DNA from: Candidatus Krumholzibacteriales bacterium
GTDB taxonomy: Bacteria > Krumholzibacteriota > Krumholzibacteriia > Krumholzibacteriales > WJIX01
DNA: 48,029 nucleotides
Direction of reading: 5' to 3'
Assembly (NCBI GenBank): GCA_046483305.1
Contig: JAWODM010000070.1
Span: 1-48,029 of the forward strand
In this document: positions 1 to 9,838 of the stretch, in pieces
Layout: the number at the start of each line of letters is the position of its first letter
Position numbering within the stretch: position 1 is the stretch's first letter
Position numbers and translations under genes: made by a program
The notes under the pieces: generated by a model
Told to the model about the DNA's origin: nothing
Database searches by the model: none
Seen by the model: only the letters and a program-made list of their open reading frames with translations

Positions 1-2
1 TT

Positions 3-31
3 TCGATACCGATACCGATACCGATTTCGAA
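3..31. repeat. Short tandem repeat (GATACC)x3 within TTCGAT-ACCGAT-ACCGAT-ACCGAT-TTCGAA
   Basis: Read directly at the window start; intergenic, downstream of the GDPD gene; may be cut by the window edge. Confidence 0.7.
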
Positions 32-106
32 AAACCAAGCCCCCTTAACCAGAGCCTGTTCCCCGAAACAGAAAAAGTTACTGTTATAGCACGGTGCCAT
101 CAGTAT

Positions 107-904
107 TCATTTTTCCGTAAAACGCTGCTTTTGGCAAGACAAAACATGCTGTTCAAATGCCTTTGCCACCCGCCCGGGGTCATCAGTCATAATAACGTCA
201 GCCCCTTTGTCAAGTGCTGAGGAAACCTGCCCGGGGGTATTGCATGAATAAACCGCCACAACAAGTCCCATGCGGCGGCACTGCCCGGCAAATTCTCCTG
301 TAAGTTTACGCCTGGGCATACAGTACCCCCGGAGGTTTTTACTTTCCGCAGTCTTTAAGCCCCGGGAAGAAGGCAGCTTTTTAGTATTTAATATATAATT
401 GAGTTCCGGTGCAAGTACACGGCATTTTTCAATCATTTCTGCATCAAATCCGAGAATGTATATTTCATCATGCATCTGCTGCGCTGCGTGCATGCGGATC
501 TGGCGCGTGACCTCAGTGCACAGACGCCTTTTGTATTTATAAGGATCCTGTGAGCCTGACGCTGATTTAAGCTCTATCATAAGGATTCCCCTGCCGGCAT
601 AGCGCTTTAAAACCGATTCCAGGGTCATCAGGCCCTGTCCCCGGAAATCCTCTGAATACCACCTGCCGAAATCAAGTTTCAGGAGATCGGCTATCTTACT
701 GTCTGCAACTGCTCCTCTTCTGCCTGTTATCCGCCGCAGGGTGTCATCGTGAAAAACCACGGCAACACCGTCTGCTGTTATCTGGACGTCTAATTCTATG
801 CCGTCGGCAGAATAGGAAAATGCAAGCTCAAATGCGGCCTCCACATTTTCCGGGGCCTCTGCCATTGCACCCCTGTGTGCTATCAGCCAGGGTAATGGAC
901 GCAT
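107..904 (-). CDS. Glycerophosphodiester phosphodiesterase family protein
   Basis: IAHRGA...PEN, GIELDVQITADG, VVFHDDTL and C-terminal DVIMTDDP motifs of the GDPD (GlpQ/UgpQ) family. Confidence 0.92.
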   Translation of the reverse strand: MRPLPWLIAHRGAMAEAPENVEAAFELAFSYSADGIELDVQITADGVAVVFHDDTLRRITGRRGAVADSKIADLLKLDFGRWYSEDFRGQGLMTLESVLKRYAGRGILMIELKSASGSQDPYKYKRRLCTEVTRQIRMHAAQQMHDEIYILGFDAEMIEKCRVLAPELNYILNTKKLPSSRGLKTAESKNLRGYCMPRRKLTGEFAGQCRRMGLVVAVYSCNTPGQVSSALDKGADVIMTDDPGRVAKAFEQHVLSCQKQRFTEK

Positions 905-925
905 TTTTTTGACCCCCCGACAGGT

Positions 926-3703
926 TTATTCATGCAGTATCAGGCCGGAAGGCAGGGATTCTCCGAACATGGCTGATTCCTCGTCTCTTTCCACGGGCAC
1001 TACCGTCTTTAGCACCCTGGTCTCCTTTTCCATTCCCCTGGCCTCCATCCATTCAATTATCCCTGAAAGCAGGTTTTCATCAAAGTCCCTGGAGCGGTCC
1101 CCGGTTTTTCTGCCAATCCTGGCAAGCGCAGCAGCAGCGGCAGCGGGATTCTTCCAGTCCGGCTCCATGAGAGCCTCGGCCCACCCGGACGCTTTTTCAG
1201 GGGAAACAACCCGGTCCACGGGTCCGTACAGAGGCTCCCTTGCGCCTATTCTTGACAAGGCCCAGAACTGCTGTGGCCTGGATTTTTTCGGCGTTATTTC
1301 AGAAAGCAGCGCGTCTCCCCAATCAGCCTTTTCGCCTGAAGCAAGCCTTTCCATGTTAGCCAGGGCCATCCACATCTCCAGGCGCTGCTGCGGAGGTATC
1401 TTTACCTTGGTTCCTTTTTTCGGCATCAACAGATGCCTGATATCCTGTGCGAACTGTTTCTGCTGCCCCGCTGTCAGCCCGCCTGCCACGCGCCGCCACA
1501 GGATCCACCATTCATTTGCCGCCTGCTGGTCCTTTTTGAAAATCACTCCTGTCTTATATATTTTCCAGAGACGCTTTATACGGGTGCTGTCAAATCCGTC
1601 CCCGAATCCCGGGCGGAGGCAAAAACCGGTAAGATTGAGCCACCTTACCTCGTGATGAGGGGTGTGTTTGCGGTTTGCCGCACGCTCAAGCAGGGTATCG
1701 GCAATACTTCTCAACACGGAAAGAGGCCAGTCATCCCTTGCCCGGCCCACAGTGTCAGAGATGGTTTTGACAAGACGCGAAAGTTCAGTTTCGGCCGAAT
1801 CAGCCTTAAACGCGCTGTTTACAGCAGATACCACCTCGTCCACCACTGCAGAGTCAAATACCTCTGTTTCGCTCACCCCGGCCTGATGCTGTATCTGCCG
1901 CAGCTGGAATCTCAGCTGCCATCTGTGGTCTGTTGAAAGAGATCTGCACCAGAGTGCAAGAACGCCGGTTTCCGTATACTCAGCCTCCACCTGAACTGGA
2001 ATTGCCGCCTGCACCCCCTTTCTTCCAAACTGTATTACCGTGTTTATGGGAGGCAGACGGGTCATGCTCTCATCCACGTCCACCACATCGCCTGTCCTGT
2101 CGCCTGAGCGGTAGCTTGAGCTGAAAAGGTCAAAGCTTACCGGCCGGTTTGCCAGAACCTCGAATTTGCGCTCGGAAAGAGCGATGCGGGTTCCCTCGTC
2201 AGCACCCCTTTCCACAACACAAACAGCCTTTTGATTCCCCCGGCTGCTGCCGGGGCTTTCAATACCCAGGTAATAGGCTCGCGGACTGCCGCTGCCAACT
2301 CCAACGCCTCTGCCGAGTTTTGCCAGCCCGTAATAGGAAGCCCCCAGCGCCACTGCGATGTCGAGATTTTTGTTTTCAAGCACACGGGGGCGGCTTTCAT
2401 CGGTTTTTCCAAACCATCGCCGTGCTGCCTGCCTTATGCGGTCCTGCACAACCTTTGCCTTGAGGCTTCCTCCGTTGAACAGGACAAGATCGGGAAAGGG
2501 GCTTCTCGGACCGAGGAAATTCTCTGTCTCCCTGCTGTTTCTTTCCAGAAATTTTCCAATATGACGGGTAATTGCGGAATCCGGTTCATAAGGAAGCCCG
2601 AATTCTGAAACTCCGGCTGACTGCACTTCGCCGGCAACAGGATCCTGCCTGTCGACAAGCGGAAAAAATTCCTCAAGCACTATCTGCTCCAGTGTCTGCC
2701 TGTCTATTTCGGCGGTCAGGGTCCCGCCTATAAGCCTGCTGCCCTCTCCCATCATTGTAATGGTTTCACGCTCCTGTCCCTGGTTCAGTATGTTTTCCTT
2801 TGCCTGGCGGCACAGATGGCAAAGCGTTTTGTACCTGTCCGGGGTGAGGTTGGCTGCAGCGCCGAACTGTTTTTCCACGTGCCTGGCAATTGCCTGGTCT
2901 ATGTTGTCTCCTCCCAGGATCAGGTGATCTCCGACGGCAATCCTTTCAAACCTCGGAGTACCCTCTGTTTCGCGCAGGGTAATCAGGGTAAAATCCGTGG
3001 TGCCGCCTCCCACGTCGCAGACCAGTACAAGTTCGCCGGGCCGGATGTGGTCCCGCCAGTCGTGTTCATGCCTGATCAGCCAGCTGTAAAAAGCTGCAAG
3101 GGGCTCTTCCAGCAAAATGACCTCCCCCAGTCCGGCCTTTTTTGATGCCTCCAAGGTCAGGTCCCGGGCCACTTCATCGAACGAGGCGGGAACTGTAATA
3201 ATAACATATTGATTTTCAAGGTAAAAATCTTCATCAGACTGCAAATGGTTCCAGGCATTTCGTATGTGGGCAAGGTATTGGGCGGTGGCTTCCACAGGCG
3301 AAATACCAGGAAGTTCGTCACCTGAACCCCATGGGAGGATAGGCGCCAGGCGGTCCACCCTTCCGTGGCACAGCCAGCTCTTGGCAGAGGAAACCAGCCT
3401 GGCGGGAACTTTAGAGCCGTGATCCCTGGCAAAAGTTCCCGCAAAACAGGAATGAACCTGTTTTTCACTCCAGGGCAGTCTCAGTGAATCCGGATCCACA
3501 TCGTATTTGCCCGGCAGATAGCAGAAAGAAGGCAGAACAGGCATTTGCTGGACCTCGCCGGGCCCGGTAAGCTGAGGGATCTCAAAAAGCCTTATACCCC
3601 TTGAATCTTCGGGGCCGGAGTTCAGATCCGCATAGGAAACCGCCGAATTGGTGGTCCCGAGGTCAATTCCTATTATGTATGCAGGGTCACTCACATCCTT
3701 CAC
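926..3703 (-). CDS. Hsp70/DnaK-like protein with long C-terminal extension (DUF3731-type)
   Basis: IGIDLGTTNS, ITVPASFD, EEPLAA, DVGGGTTD and LGGDNID Hsp70 ATPase motifs; 925 aa; the C-terminus is not a canonical DnaK substrate-binding domain. Confidence 0.9.
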   Translation of the reverse strand: MKDVSDPAYIIGIDLGTTNSAVSYADLNSGPEDSRGIRLFEIPQLTGPGEVQQMPVLPSFCYLPGKYDVDPDSLRLPWSEKQVHSCFAGTFARDHGSKVPARLVSSAKSWLCHGRVDRLAPILPWGSGDELPGISPVEATAQYLAHIRNAWNHLQSDEDFYLENQYVIITVPASFDEVARDLTLEASKKAGLGEVILLEEPLAAFYSWLIRHEHDWRDHIRPGELVLVCDVGGGTTDFTLITLRETEGTPRFERIAVGDHLILGGDNIDQAIARHVEKQFGAAANLTPDRYKTLCHLCRQAKENILNQGQERETITMMGEGSRLIGGTLTAEIDRQTLEQIVLEEFFPLVDRQDPVAGEVQSAGVSEFGLPYEPDSAITRHIGKFLERNSRETENFLGPRSPFPDLVLFNGGSLKAKVVQDRIRQAARRWFGKTDESRPRVLENKNLDIAVALGASYYGLAKLGRGVGVGSGSPRAYYLGIESPGSSRGNQKAVCVVERGADEGTRIALSERKFEVLANRPVSFDLFSSSYRSGDRTGDVVDVDESMTRLPPINTVIQFGRKGVQAAIPVQVEAEYTETGVLALWCRSLSTDHRWQLRFQLRQIQHQAGVSETEVFDSAVVDEVVSAVNSAFKADSAETELSRLVKTISDTVGRARDDWPLSVLRSIADTLLERAANRKHTPHHEVRWLNLTGFCLRPGFGDGFDSTRIKRLWKIYKTGVIFKKDQQAANEWWILWRRVAGGLTAGQQKQFAQDIRHLLMPKKGTKVKIPPQQRLEMWMALANMERLASGEKADWGDALLSEITPKKSRPQQFWALSRIGAREPLYGPVDRVVSPEKASGWAEALMEPDWKNPAAAAAALARIGRKTGDRSRDFDENLLSGIIEWMEARGMEKETRVLKTVVPVERDEESAMFGESLPSGLILHE

Positions 3704-3706
3704 CTG

Positions 3707-4429
3707 TTATTTAACCTCGACTTCAGCAGGTGCTATAACAAGGGGGTCACCGCTGTCAGATAGCACGGGCAGTTCGAGTTTTGCAGCCTTCCATCCGGGA
3801 TGCCTGACCACGCCCTTAAAAGGGGGCTCGCCGGTAACATTTCCGGTAAGTTTTATTTTTGAGGGATCAAAATCAGAATCAACTGTTACCTCAGAGCCTT
3901 CAGCCTTGTCCATCACACCGCGGGGGGCCAGGTATTTTTCCAGGGTTTTTGAACAGTTTTCATGGACGCTTCTGACCGCAGCCCCGATTTGCGCGTCACT
4001 GTAGGGGCCCAGATCTTCCCGGAAGAAATCCAGAAGCCGGCCCTGGCGCTGGAGCACTGAAACAAGATGCAGGTAATAGCGCTGATGCTGTTTCTCAATT
4101 TCTTTAGGAGATGGTCCGGTTTCCTGACGTACGGTTCCTTTTTTATCTGCTGCAGGGGATTTTCTGGCAGCTGCCTCCTCTGCCGGAATGTGTCTTTGCA
4201 AAAGCTTTTTCAATGTGCCCCGGAGCACAGCCCACTGTAACAGGGCAATAAAAACAAACAAGGCTGCGGCCGAAGGAATGAAACCTATGTTTATGCGGGT
4301 TTCCCAGAAATCCTTTATCCAGCCGGGAAAGGCGGAATAGTGCACACCGTATACTACTGCAAACAAAATCAGATTAAGTGCAAGAAGCCAGAAAAGGCAG
4401 CGGCGCGAAAAAGGTTTAACAAGGTCCAT
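3707..4429 (-). CDS. DUF2760 domain-containing membrane protein
   Basis: Two N-terminal TM segments, then LQRQGRLLDF...DAQIGAAVR...GNVTGEPPFKGVVRHPGW...IAPAEVEV. Start moved to ATG 4429 (GGAGA RBS). Stop is 3 bp from the Hsp70-like start. Confidence 0.85.
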   Translation of the reverse strand: MDLVKPFSRRCLFWLLALNLILFAVVYGVHYSAFPGWIKDFWETRINIGFIPSAAALFVFIALLQWAVLRGTLKKLLQRHIPAEEAAARKSPAADKKGTVRQETGPSPKEIEKQHQRYYLHLVSVLQRQGRLLDFFREDLGPYSDAQIGAAVRSVHENCSKTLEKYLAPRGVMDKAEGSEVTVDSDFDPSKIKLTGNVTGEPPFKGVVRHPGWKAAKLELPVLSDSGDPLVIAPAEVEVK

Positions 4430-4740
4430 GGTATTCGATCTCCAATAATGCCCGGTTTTTTTCTGATTCACCAACCAGCGTGAAAAATATAAATTTTTAT
4501 AATGAATCAGTTATATAGACTGTGTCAAGTCCCTTTTGCCTCCAAATACGCTGCGCGCAGGGACTTTCGGCTGTGTTTTTCCCTTGATAGCCGCCCTGCG
4601 CAATGATATGAAATTTATCAAGCAAAAAAACTTCAGGTCCGGAGAGGGTAAACAGTGAAACTGCAGCAAAAATCCCCACGGTCTGATGACAGATCTAAAC
4701 AATTCAGGCAAGGATGAGTTTTTGAAATGTATATAATAGT

Positions 4741-4858
4741 GGCTGAACGAAAACCCTGTTCAGCCAAAACCCGAATATCGAAATCCGAAACAAATACGAA
4801 TATCGAATGTTCAAATGATAAAAACCAACAGCTTAAAACAGGATGTTTCTGTCATTGA
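4741..4858. repeat. Intergenic hairpin plus degenerate CGAAT/CGAAA repeat element with a truncated inverted arm
   Basis: GGCTGAAC...GTTCAGCC hairpin (4741-4765); CGAATATCGAAATCCGAAACAAATACGAATATCGAATGTTCAAATGATAAAAAC; an imperfect complementary arm GTTTCTGTCATTGA starts at about 4845 and stops at about 4858. Confidence 0.6.
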
Positions 4859-4860
4859 GC

Positions 4861-5172
4861 CCGGACAAGCTGCTTGAGATCCATAAGCAGGGAACTCCGG
4901 AGAAATATATCGACGAGTATCTCGACGATGTGCCGGTCGATTTCCTGTCGACCTGCGACATTACCGGAGGAAATTCCGGAAGCCCGATATTGAACGGAAA
5001 GGGAGAGGTTATCGGAGCCGCCTTCGACGGCAACTACGAGAGCATCTCCGCCGACTACCAGTTCGATGAGGGCCTCACCAGGGCGATCAGCGTGGACAGC
5101 CGCTATATCCTGTTCATACTGGAAGAGTTCAGCGGCGCCAAGTCGCTTCTGGACGAGATGACCATACATTAA
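4861..5172 (+). CDS. S46 family dipeptidyl peptidase, C-terminal fragment only (5' truncated)
   Basis: [10 protein letters not shown] catalytic-Ser motif, AFDGNYES and RAISVDSRY; about 100 aa of a family that is normally several hundred aa. FDGN rather than FDRN is DPP7-like. Confidence 0.85.
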   Translation, partial: PDKLLEIHKQGTPEKYIDEYLDDVPVDFLSTCDITGGNSGSPILNGKGEVIGAAFDGNYESISADYQFDEGLTRAISVDSRYILFILEEFSGAKSLLDEMTIH

Positions 5173-5194
5173 GGGTTAAAGTGACGTTCAAATT

Positions 5195-5228
5195 GCCGGC
5201 GGGGGGAGCTATCTCCCCGCCGGTATTT
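5195..5228 (+). terminator. Probable intrinsic terminator hairpin after the S46 gene
   Basis: GCCGGCGGGG(GG)AG-ctat-CTCCCCGCCGGT followed by ATTT. Confidence 0.5.
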
Positions 5229-5241
5229 CAGGGAAACCGAT

Positions 5242-6117
5242 ATGGGAAAGATATTCGCGCTGCTCTGTTCCCTGATATGGGGGATAGCGGTAATCTGTTT
5301 CAAGAAATCGGGAGAGAGGATATCGCCGTTTTCCCTGACATTTTTCAGGGTGGGTATAACCAGTATCCTCCTGGTGATTACCGTCAAGATAGCGGGGTAC
5401 AACATATTCAACGCTGCTCCGCTTGAGGATTATCTGATTCTATTCGCCAGCGGTATCATCGCTATTGCAATCTCCGACACCATGTTCCATCACGCCCTCA
5501 ACCGGATAGGGGCCGGGCTGATGGCGGTGGTGGACTGCTTCTATTCCCCCTCGGTGATCCTGTTCGCTTTCCTGCTTCTGAACGAAACCATCGGGTTCTG
5601 GCAGTACGCCGGAATGTTCCTGGTCCTCAGCGCCATAATTTTTGTATCCAGGCATAAGCCTCCGGAGGGGGTCAGCAGGAGGGACCTTGCGGCGGGGATC
5701 CTGTGGGGCCTGGGGGCGATGGCCACACTCGGTTTCGGGGTGGTGATAGCCAAAACGGTACTGGAGCATTCTCCGCTTATATGGGCGACTGCCATAAGGC
5801 AGATCGGCTCTCTCTTCGCCCTGGTGCCGGTTGCGGTCATCTCAAAGAGAAGGAGAACGATTTTCTCGGTGTTCAAACCTAACCGGGACTGGAGGTACTC
5901 CCTTACCGGGACCATCCTCGGCTCCTACCTGGCGCTTATATTCTGGCTGGGGGGGATGAAATACACCAAGGCCGGAACGGCGGCCATTCTAAATCAGACC
6001 AGCACTATATACGTCATTATATTTGCCTCAATCTTTCTCCATGAGCCCTTTACCAGGAAGAAAGCGGTCTCAGTAATTCTGGCTCTCGCCGGTATCGCGC
6101 TGGTGACTTTTGGATAG
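5242..6117 (+). CDS. DMT superfamily (EamA) transporter
   Basis: 291 aa, about 10 TM helices in two EamA repeats (IWG...FFRV; FLLLNE; IFLHEPFT). Confidence 0.9.
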   Translation: MGKIFALLCSLIWGIAVICFKKSGERISPFSLTFFRVGITSILLVITVKIAGYNIFNAAPLEDYLILFASGIIAIAISDTMFHHALNRIGAGLMAVVDCFYSPSVILFAFLLLNETIGFWQYAGMFLVLSAIIFVSRHKPPEGVSRRDLAAGILWGLGAMATLGFGVVIAKTVLEHSPLIWATAIRQIGSLFALVPVAVISKRRRTIFSVFKPNRDWRYSLTGTILGSYLALIFWLGGMKYTKAGTAAILNQTSTIYVIIFASIFLHEPFTRKKAVSVILALAGIALVTFG

Positions 6118-6297
6118 CCGTTTGAATCTATATTTGCATAAGATATGACAATTACTTATGTTACAGTACGCGAAGAGGTTACTCCGGTGATAGGATTTTC
6201 ATCCGCGGTTATCTTTAGGGTAAATATATAATTTATAATATCCGGGGCCGGCATCTGATGAAGCTGTTTTCCCGGCGATAGAGGTGAAAGGTAAATA

Positions 6298-8295
6298 TTG
6301 AAGAAAGAGAAGAAATACATAGCCAGGTTCAAGTCTCTGGTTCAGAAGGAACGGGAGGAGGAGATGCGGTGGCACGAGGAAGAGATAAGAAAGCTCTCCG
6401 GCCGCCAGCGTGAGGAGAGGGGAAGGGCAATACTTAACCTTCGAGGCAGAAACCAGGGAACCGGCCTGGGAGGCAGGTATATCGTAAAGTTCATCCGCCA
6501 GAGGCAGGGTGAAATGCTGCCGAAACACGAGATAAATACAGGCGACCTGGTAATGCTCAGCAGGGGAAATCCGCTTGAGCCGGGGACTCCGTCAGGGACC
6601 GTCATAGAGATGAGCAAATTCTCTATCACGGCGGTTTTCGACAGGGAACCTCCCGGGTATATATATAAGAAGAATCTCCGGATGGACCTTTACGTGAATG
6701 ATATTACCTTCCAGAGGATGCTGGAAGCTCTTCAGACGCTTGCTTCGGCAAAGGGGAGGCTGGCGGAGATAAGGGATAAGCTCCTGGGAATTAAGAAAAT
6801 AGTAATTCCGGAGCCCCCTAAGCTTGAACTGGATAATAAGGACCTTAACCAGGTCCAGGCCAGGGCGGTGCAGAAGGCGGCCTGCTCTGATGACTTCTTC
6901 CTGATACACGGGCCGGCCGGCACTGGAAAGACCATGACCTGTATAGAGGTTATTCAGCAGGCGGTGAGGAAAGGCCTGAGCGTTCTTTCGGCTGCCGGGT
7001 CGAATGTGGCGGTGGATAATATAGTGGAGCGGCTGGTCGAAAGGGGTGTAAAAACGGTCAGGGTGGGCCACCCGGCCAGAGTCAATCCTGTACTCAGAGA
7101 ACATACCCTTGATTATATTCTGGAGGACCATCCCGATTTCCGGAAATCAATAAAGCTTCGTGAAAAGGTATCCGGAATCAGGGACAAGCAGGAAAAGCAC
7201 ACTCATCCCGGTCCCAGGTGGAGACGCGGTATGAGCAATGGCAAAATTATGAAACTTGCCGGTCAGGGGAGGGGGAACAGGGGCGTACCCGCTTCCAGGA
7301 TAAGGGATATGGCGGAGTGGCTTAAGCTCCAGGAAGTGGTCAACGGTATTTTCAATGAGATAGACCGGCTGGAGGATTCTGCCGTAAATAAGATATTAAA
7401 CGATGCGGAGGTGGTCTGCGCTACCAATTCAACCGCCGGCTCGGAGATAATGAACGGCAGAAATTTTGACCTCCTGGTTCTGGATGAGGCTACCCAGTCG
7501 ACCGAGCCCGAAGCGCTGATCCCCCTGGTAAAGGCGGACCGGGCGATCCTGGCCGGAGATCACAGGCAGCTCCCGCCGACTATATTAAATAAAGAGGCTG
7601 GAGAAAAAGGGTTGGCTGTCTCTCTCTTCGAGAGGCTTCTGGAGGTGCACGGAGATAAGATAAAAGAGATGCTGAAGGTTCAGTACCGGATGAACAGTGT
7701 AATTATGAATTTCCCCTCCCGGGAGTTCTACTCCGGCGAGCTGATAGCCCATTCATCGGTAAAAGACTGGGATATATCGGACCTGGGCCTGAATCTGCCG
7801 TTACAGGGCCTGATGAAAGAGGTCTTCGATCCGGCGCGCCCGGTTGTTTTCCTTGATACCAGAGAATCAGGCAGCCGGGAGGAGAGGATCAGGGACTCGA
7901 AATCTTTTTATAACCGGGTCGAGGCAGAACTCGCAGCAGAAATCCTCGAGACTGCCATGGAAACAGGCATGAATCCTGAAAATGTTGCTTTGATATCCCC
8001 TTACAAGGACCAGGCGGAATGGATCAGAAGCCGTATAGACAATGAACGTATCGAAATAGATACCGTGGATGGTTTCCAGGGCAGAGAGAAGGAGATGATA
8101 GTTCTTTCGCTGGTAAGAACCAATGACAGAGGCAATATCGGTTTTCTCAACGACCTCCGGAGGTTGAATGTTTCTCTTACCAGGGCGAAGAAGAAACTGG
8201 CAGTTATCGGTCATTCCCCCACCATCAGCAGCGATCGCTGTTACCAGAGGCTGATAGATTACGTTAAAGAGGCGGGCGGGTATCTGAATCGATAG
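6298..8295 (+). CDS. SF1 helicase, IGHMBP2/Upf1-like family
   Basis: IHGPAGTGKT, SNVAVDN, LDEATQ, LAGDHRQLPP, SLFERL, QYRMN, TVDGFQGREKE, RRLNVSLTRAK; TTG start after GAGGTG. Confidence 0.93.
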   Translation: MKKEKKYIARFKSLVQKEREEEMRWHEEEIRKLSGRQREERGRAILNLRGRNQGTGLGGRYIVKFIRQRQGEMLPKHEINTGDLVMLSRGNPLEPGTPSGTVIEMSKFSITAVFDREPPGYIYKKNLRMDLYVNDITFQRMLEALQTLASAKGRLAEIRDKLLGIKKIVIPEPPKLELDNKDLNQVQARAVQKAACSDDFFLIHGPAGTGKTMTCIEVIQQAVRKGLSVLSAAGSNVAVDNIVERLVERGVKTVRVGHPARVNPVLREHTLDYILEDHPDFRKSIKLREKVSGIRDKQEKHTHPGPRWRRGMSNGKIMKLAGQGRGNRGVPASRIRDMAEWLKLQEVVNGIFNEIDRLEDSAVNKILNDAEVVCATNSTAGSEIMNGRNFDLLVLDEATQSTEPEALIPLVKADRAILAGDHRQLPPTILNKEAGEKGLAVSLFERLLEVHGDKIKEMLKVQYRMNSVIMNFPSREFYSGELIAHSSVKDWDISDLGLNLPLQGLMKEVFDPARPVVFLDTRESGSREERIRDSKSFYNRVEAELAAEILETAMETGMNPENVALISPYKDQAEWIRSRIDNERIEIDTVDGFQGREKEMIVLSLVRTNDRGNIGFLNDLRRLNVSLTRAKKKLAVIGHSPTISSDRCYQRLIDYVKEAGGYLNR

Positions 8296-8334
8296 TATTC
8301 CTGATTGAATGCAGGATCGCGAACCTTTACCCTG

Positions 8335-8363
8335 TTGACACCCGCCGGATGCTGTTTTATACT
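8335..8363 (+). promoter_or_regulatory. sigma70-type promoter of the ATP synthase operon
   Basis: TTGACA (8335-8340), 17 nt spacer, TATACT (8358-8363), about 40 bp before the first gene. Confidence 0.7.
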
Positions 8364-8405
8364 TCCCCAATCGGTTGAACACTTATTCACAAGAGGTAGC
8401 TGGTT

Positions 8406-8723
8406 TTGAAAGAACAGATAGACAGGATTCTGGAGACCGAAAAAGAGGTCAGCGAGAAGATAGAGAAGGCCCGCGAGAAGTCCAGGAAGATTATCAGAGA
8501 AGCGGAAGGTAAGAGCCGCGAGGTAATAAACCAGGGCAGAAAAGAGGCTTTCAGCCGGTCGAAGGATATAGTCGAGGATTATAAAAAGAAAGCAAAAGAT
8601 CAGAGAGAGAAGCAGATTGGGGATGTCAAGGCAAGCAGCGAGGATTTCTTCTCTGACAGGAAGGCCGAAATTGAGAAAGCGGTCTCCAGGATAACCGAGA
8701 TAATCTCCGATCCCCGGCAGTGA
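8406..8723 (+). CDS. A/V-type ATP synthase peripheral stalk subunit H/G
   Basis: 105 aa charged coiled coil (ILETEKE...IEKAREKS...KAVSRI), first gene of the operon. Confidence 0.75.
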   Translation: MKEQIDRILETEKEVSEKIEKAREKSRKIIREAEGKSREVINQGRKEAFSRSKDIVEDYKKKAKDQREKQIGDVKASSEDFFSDRKAEIEKAVSRITEIISDPRQ

Positions 8724-8766
8724 TCCTTCCCTGATCTTCTACCTTCAAGCGAACTGTTGAATTATA

Positions 8767-9828
8767 ATGATATTCGGACCTATTAGAAAATATTCTCTGG
8801 TAAATGCCAAGGTCAGGGCCCGGCTGGGCCAGCTTCTATCCACCGAGAGGATAGAGCGGCTGGCCAGAACCCGTAACCCTCAGGAGTTCTATGCGGCTCT
8901 CAGCGGTACCGTATATGAAGAGGTCTTTTCCGATCCGGAGATCAACGTGGACCCCCGGATAGCGGAGAAACTTCTTGTCAGAAAAGAAATAATATGGCAT
9001 GCGGAGCTTATTCAGGATTTGAGTGGCGAAATAAAAGACCTGATAGCGCAATTTCTGGAGAAATATGAGATTGAGAATATAAAGGCGGCGCTGAGGGCCC
9101 GTAAGTCTGAGAGGGGAGAAGAGGTTCTTAGGTATATAGTGAAAGCCGCCCTTCCAAACCGCATTCCCTATATATCCCTGTTTGAAGCGGATACGGTGGA
9201 AGACGCCCTGACGCTTCTCTCCGGCACTCCCTACCTGCGGCCCGCCATGAGCGCTCTGGATGACTACAGGGAGAAGAAAAATCTCTTCTCGGTGGAAACC
9301 GCCATGGAAATAGACTTCTACCGCAGGCTCGAAGAAAAGGTGGATAACCTATCCGGCCGGGACAGAAAGATTGCCAGGAAACTAATAGGGCTGGAGATAG
9401 ACCAGAAGAATATAGAATGGCTGGTCAGGCTGAAATTCTACTACGACATACCGGTCGCCGACCTGCTGGATTACAATATTCCGGGGGGCGAATCCCTGGG
9501 CAGGCAGCAGCTGATGGAGATATTCAAGGCCGAGACCGTGGACGATCTCCTGACCGCCGCTTTCGACCAGTACCTGGGCAGGGCCGCCATGCTTTTCTCG
9601 AAGGTCCCGCAGGCCGGGAAGCTGTATGTAATGGAAATAATTCTCTGGGATTACCTGGTCAGGGAGGCCAGGAGGACCCTGGGCGGATTTCCCTTTACAA
9701 TTGGTACTATCTTATCCTATTTGATATTAAAACGGGCTGAGATAAGGAACCTGATAACCATACTCAACGGCAAAGTTATAGGCCTGGATCATAATGCCAT
9801 AGATAATCATTTGAGGATTTTATTCTGA
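8767..9828 (+). CDS. atpC: A/V-type ATP synthase subunit C
   Basis: NAKVRA...LL, YEIENIK..LR, IGLEIDQKN, YLILKRAEIRNL; operon context. Confidence 0.88.
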   Translation: MIFGPIRKYSLVNAKVRARLGQLLSTERIERLARTRNPQEFYAALSGTVYEEVFSDPEINVDPRIAEKLLVRKEIIWHAELIQDLSGEIKDLIAQFLEKYEIENIKAALRARKSERGEEVLRYIVKAALPNRIPYISLFEADTVEDALTLLSGTPYLRPAMSALDDYREKKNLFSVETAMEIDFYRRLEEKVDNLSGRDRKIARKLIGLEIDQKNIEWLVRLKFYYDIPVADLLDYNIPGGESLGRQQLMEIFKAETVDDLLTAAFDQYLGRAAMLFSKVPQAGKLYVMEIILWDYLVREARRTLGGFPFTIGTILSYLILKRAEIRNLITILNGKVIGLDHNAIDNHLRILF

Positions 9829-9838
9829 GGTAATAAAT

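Noticed and set aside
909..1655. 248 aa plus-strand ORF and other ORFs inside the Hsp70-like gene
   Set aside because: Antisense shadows of a well-supported gene; Ser/Pro-rich with no motifs.
4843..4860. ATG start for a complete 109 aa protein
   Set aside because: The first codons come from the intergenic repeat; the rest is a truncated S46 peptidase.
6298..8295. SF1 helicase as part of an anti-phage defence system
   Set aside because: Stand-alone IGHMBP2-like helicase between housekeeping genes, with no nuclease domain or partner genes.
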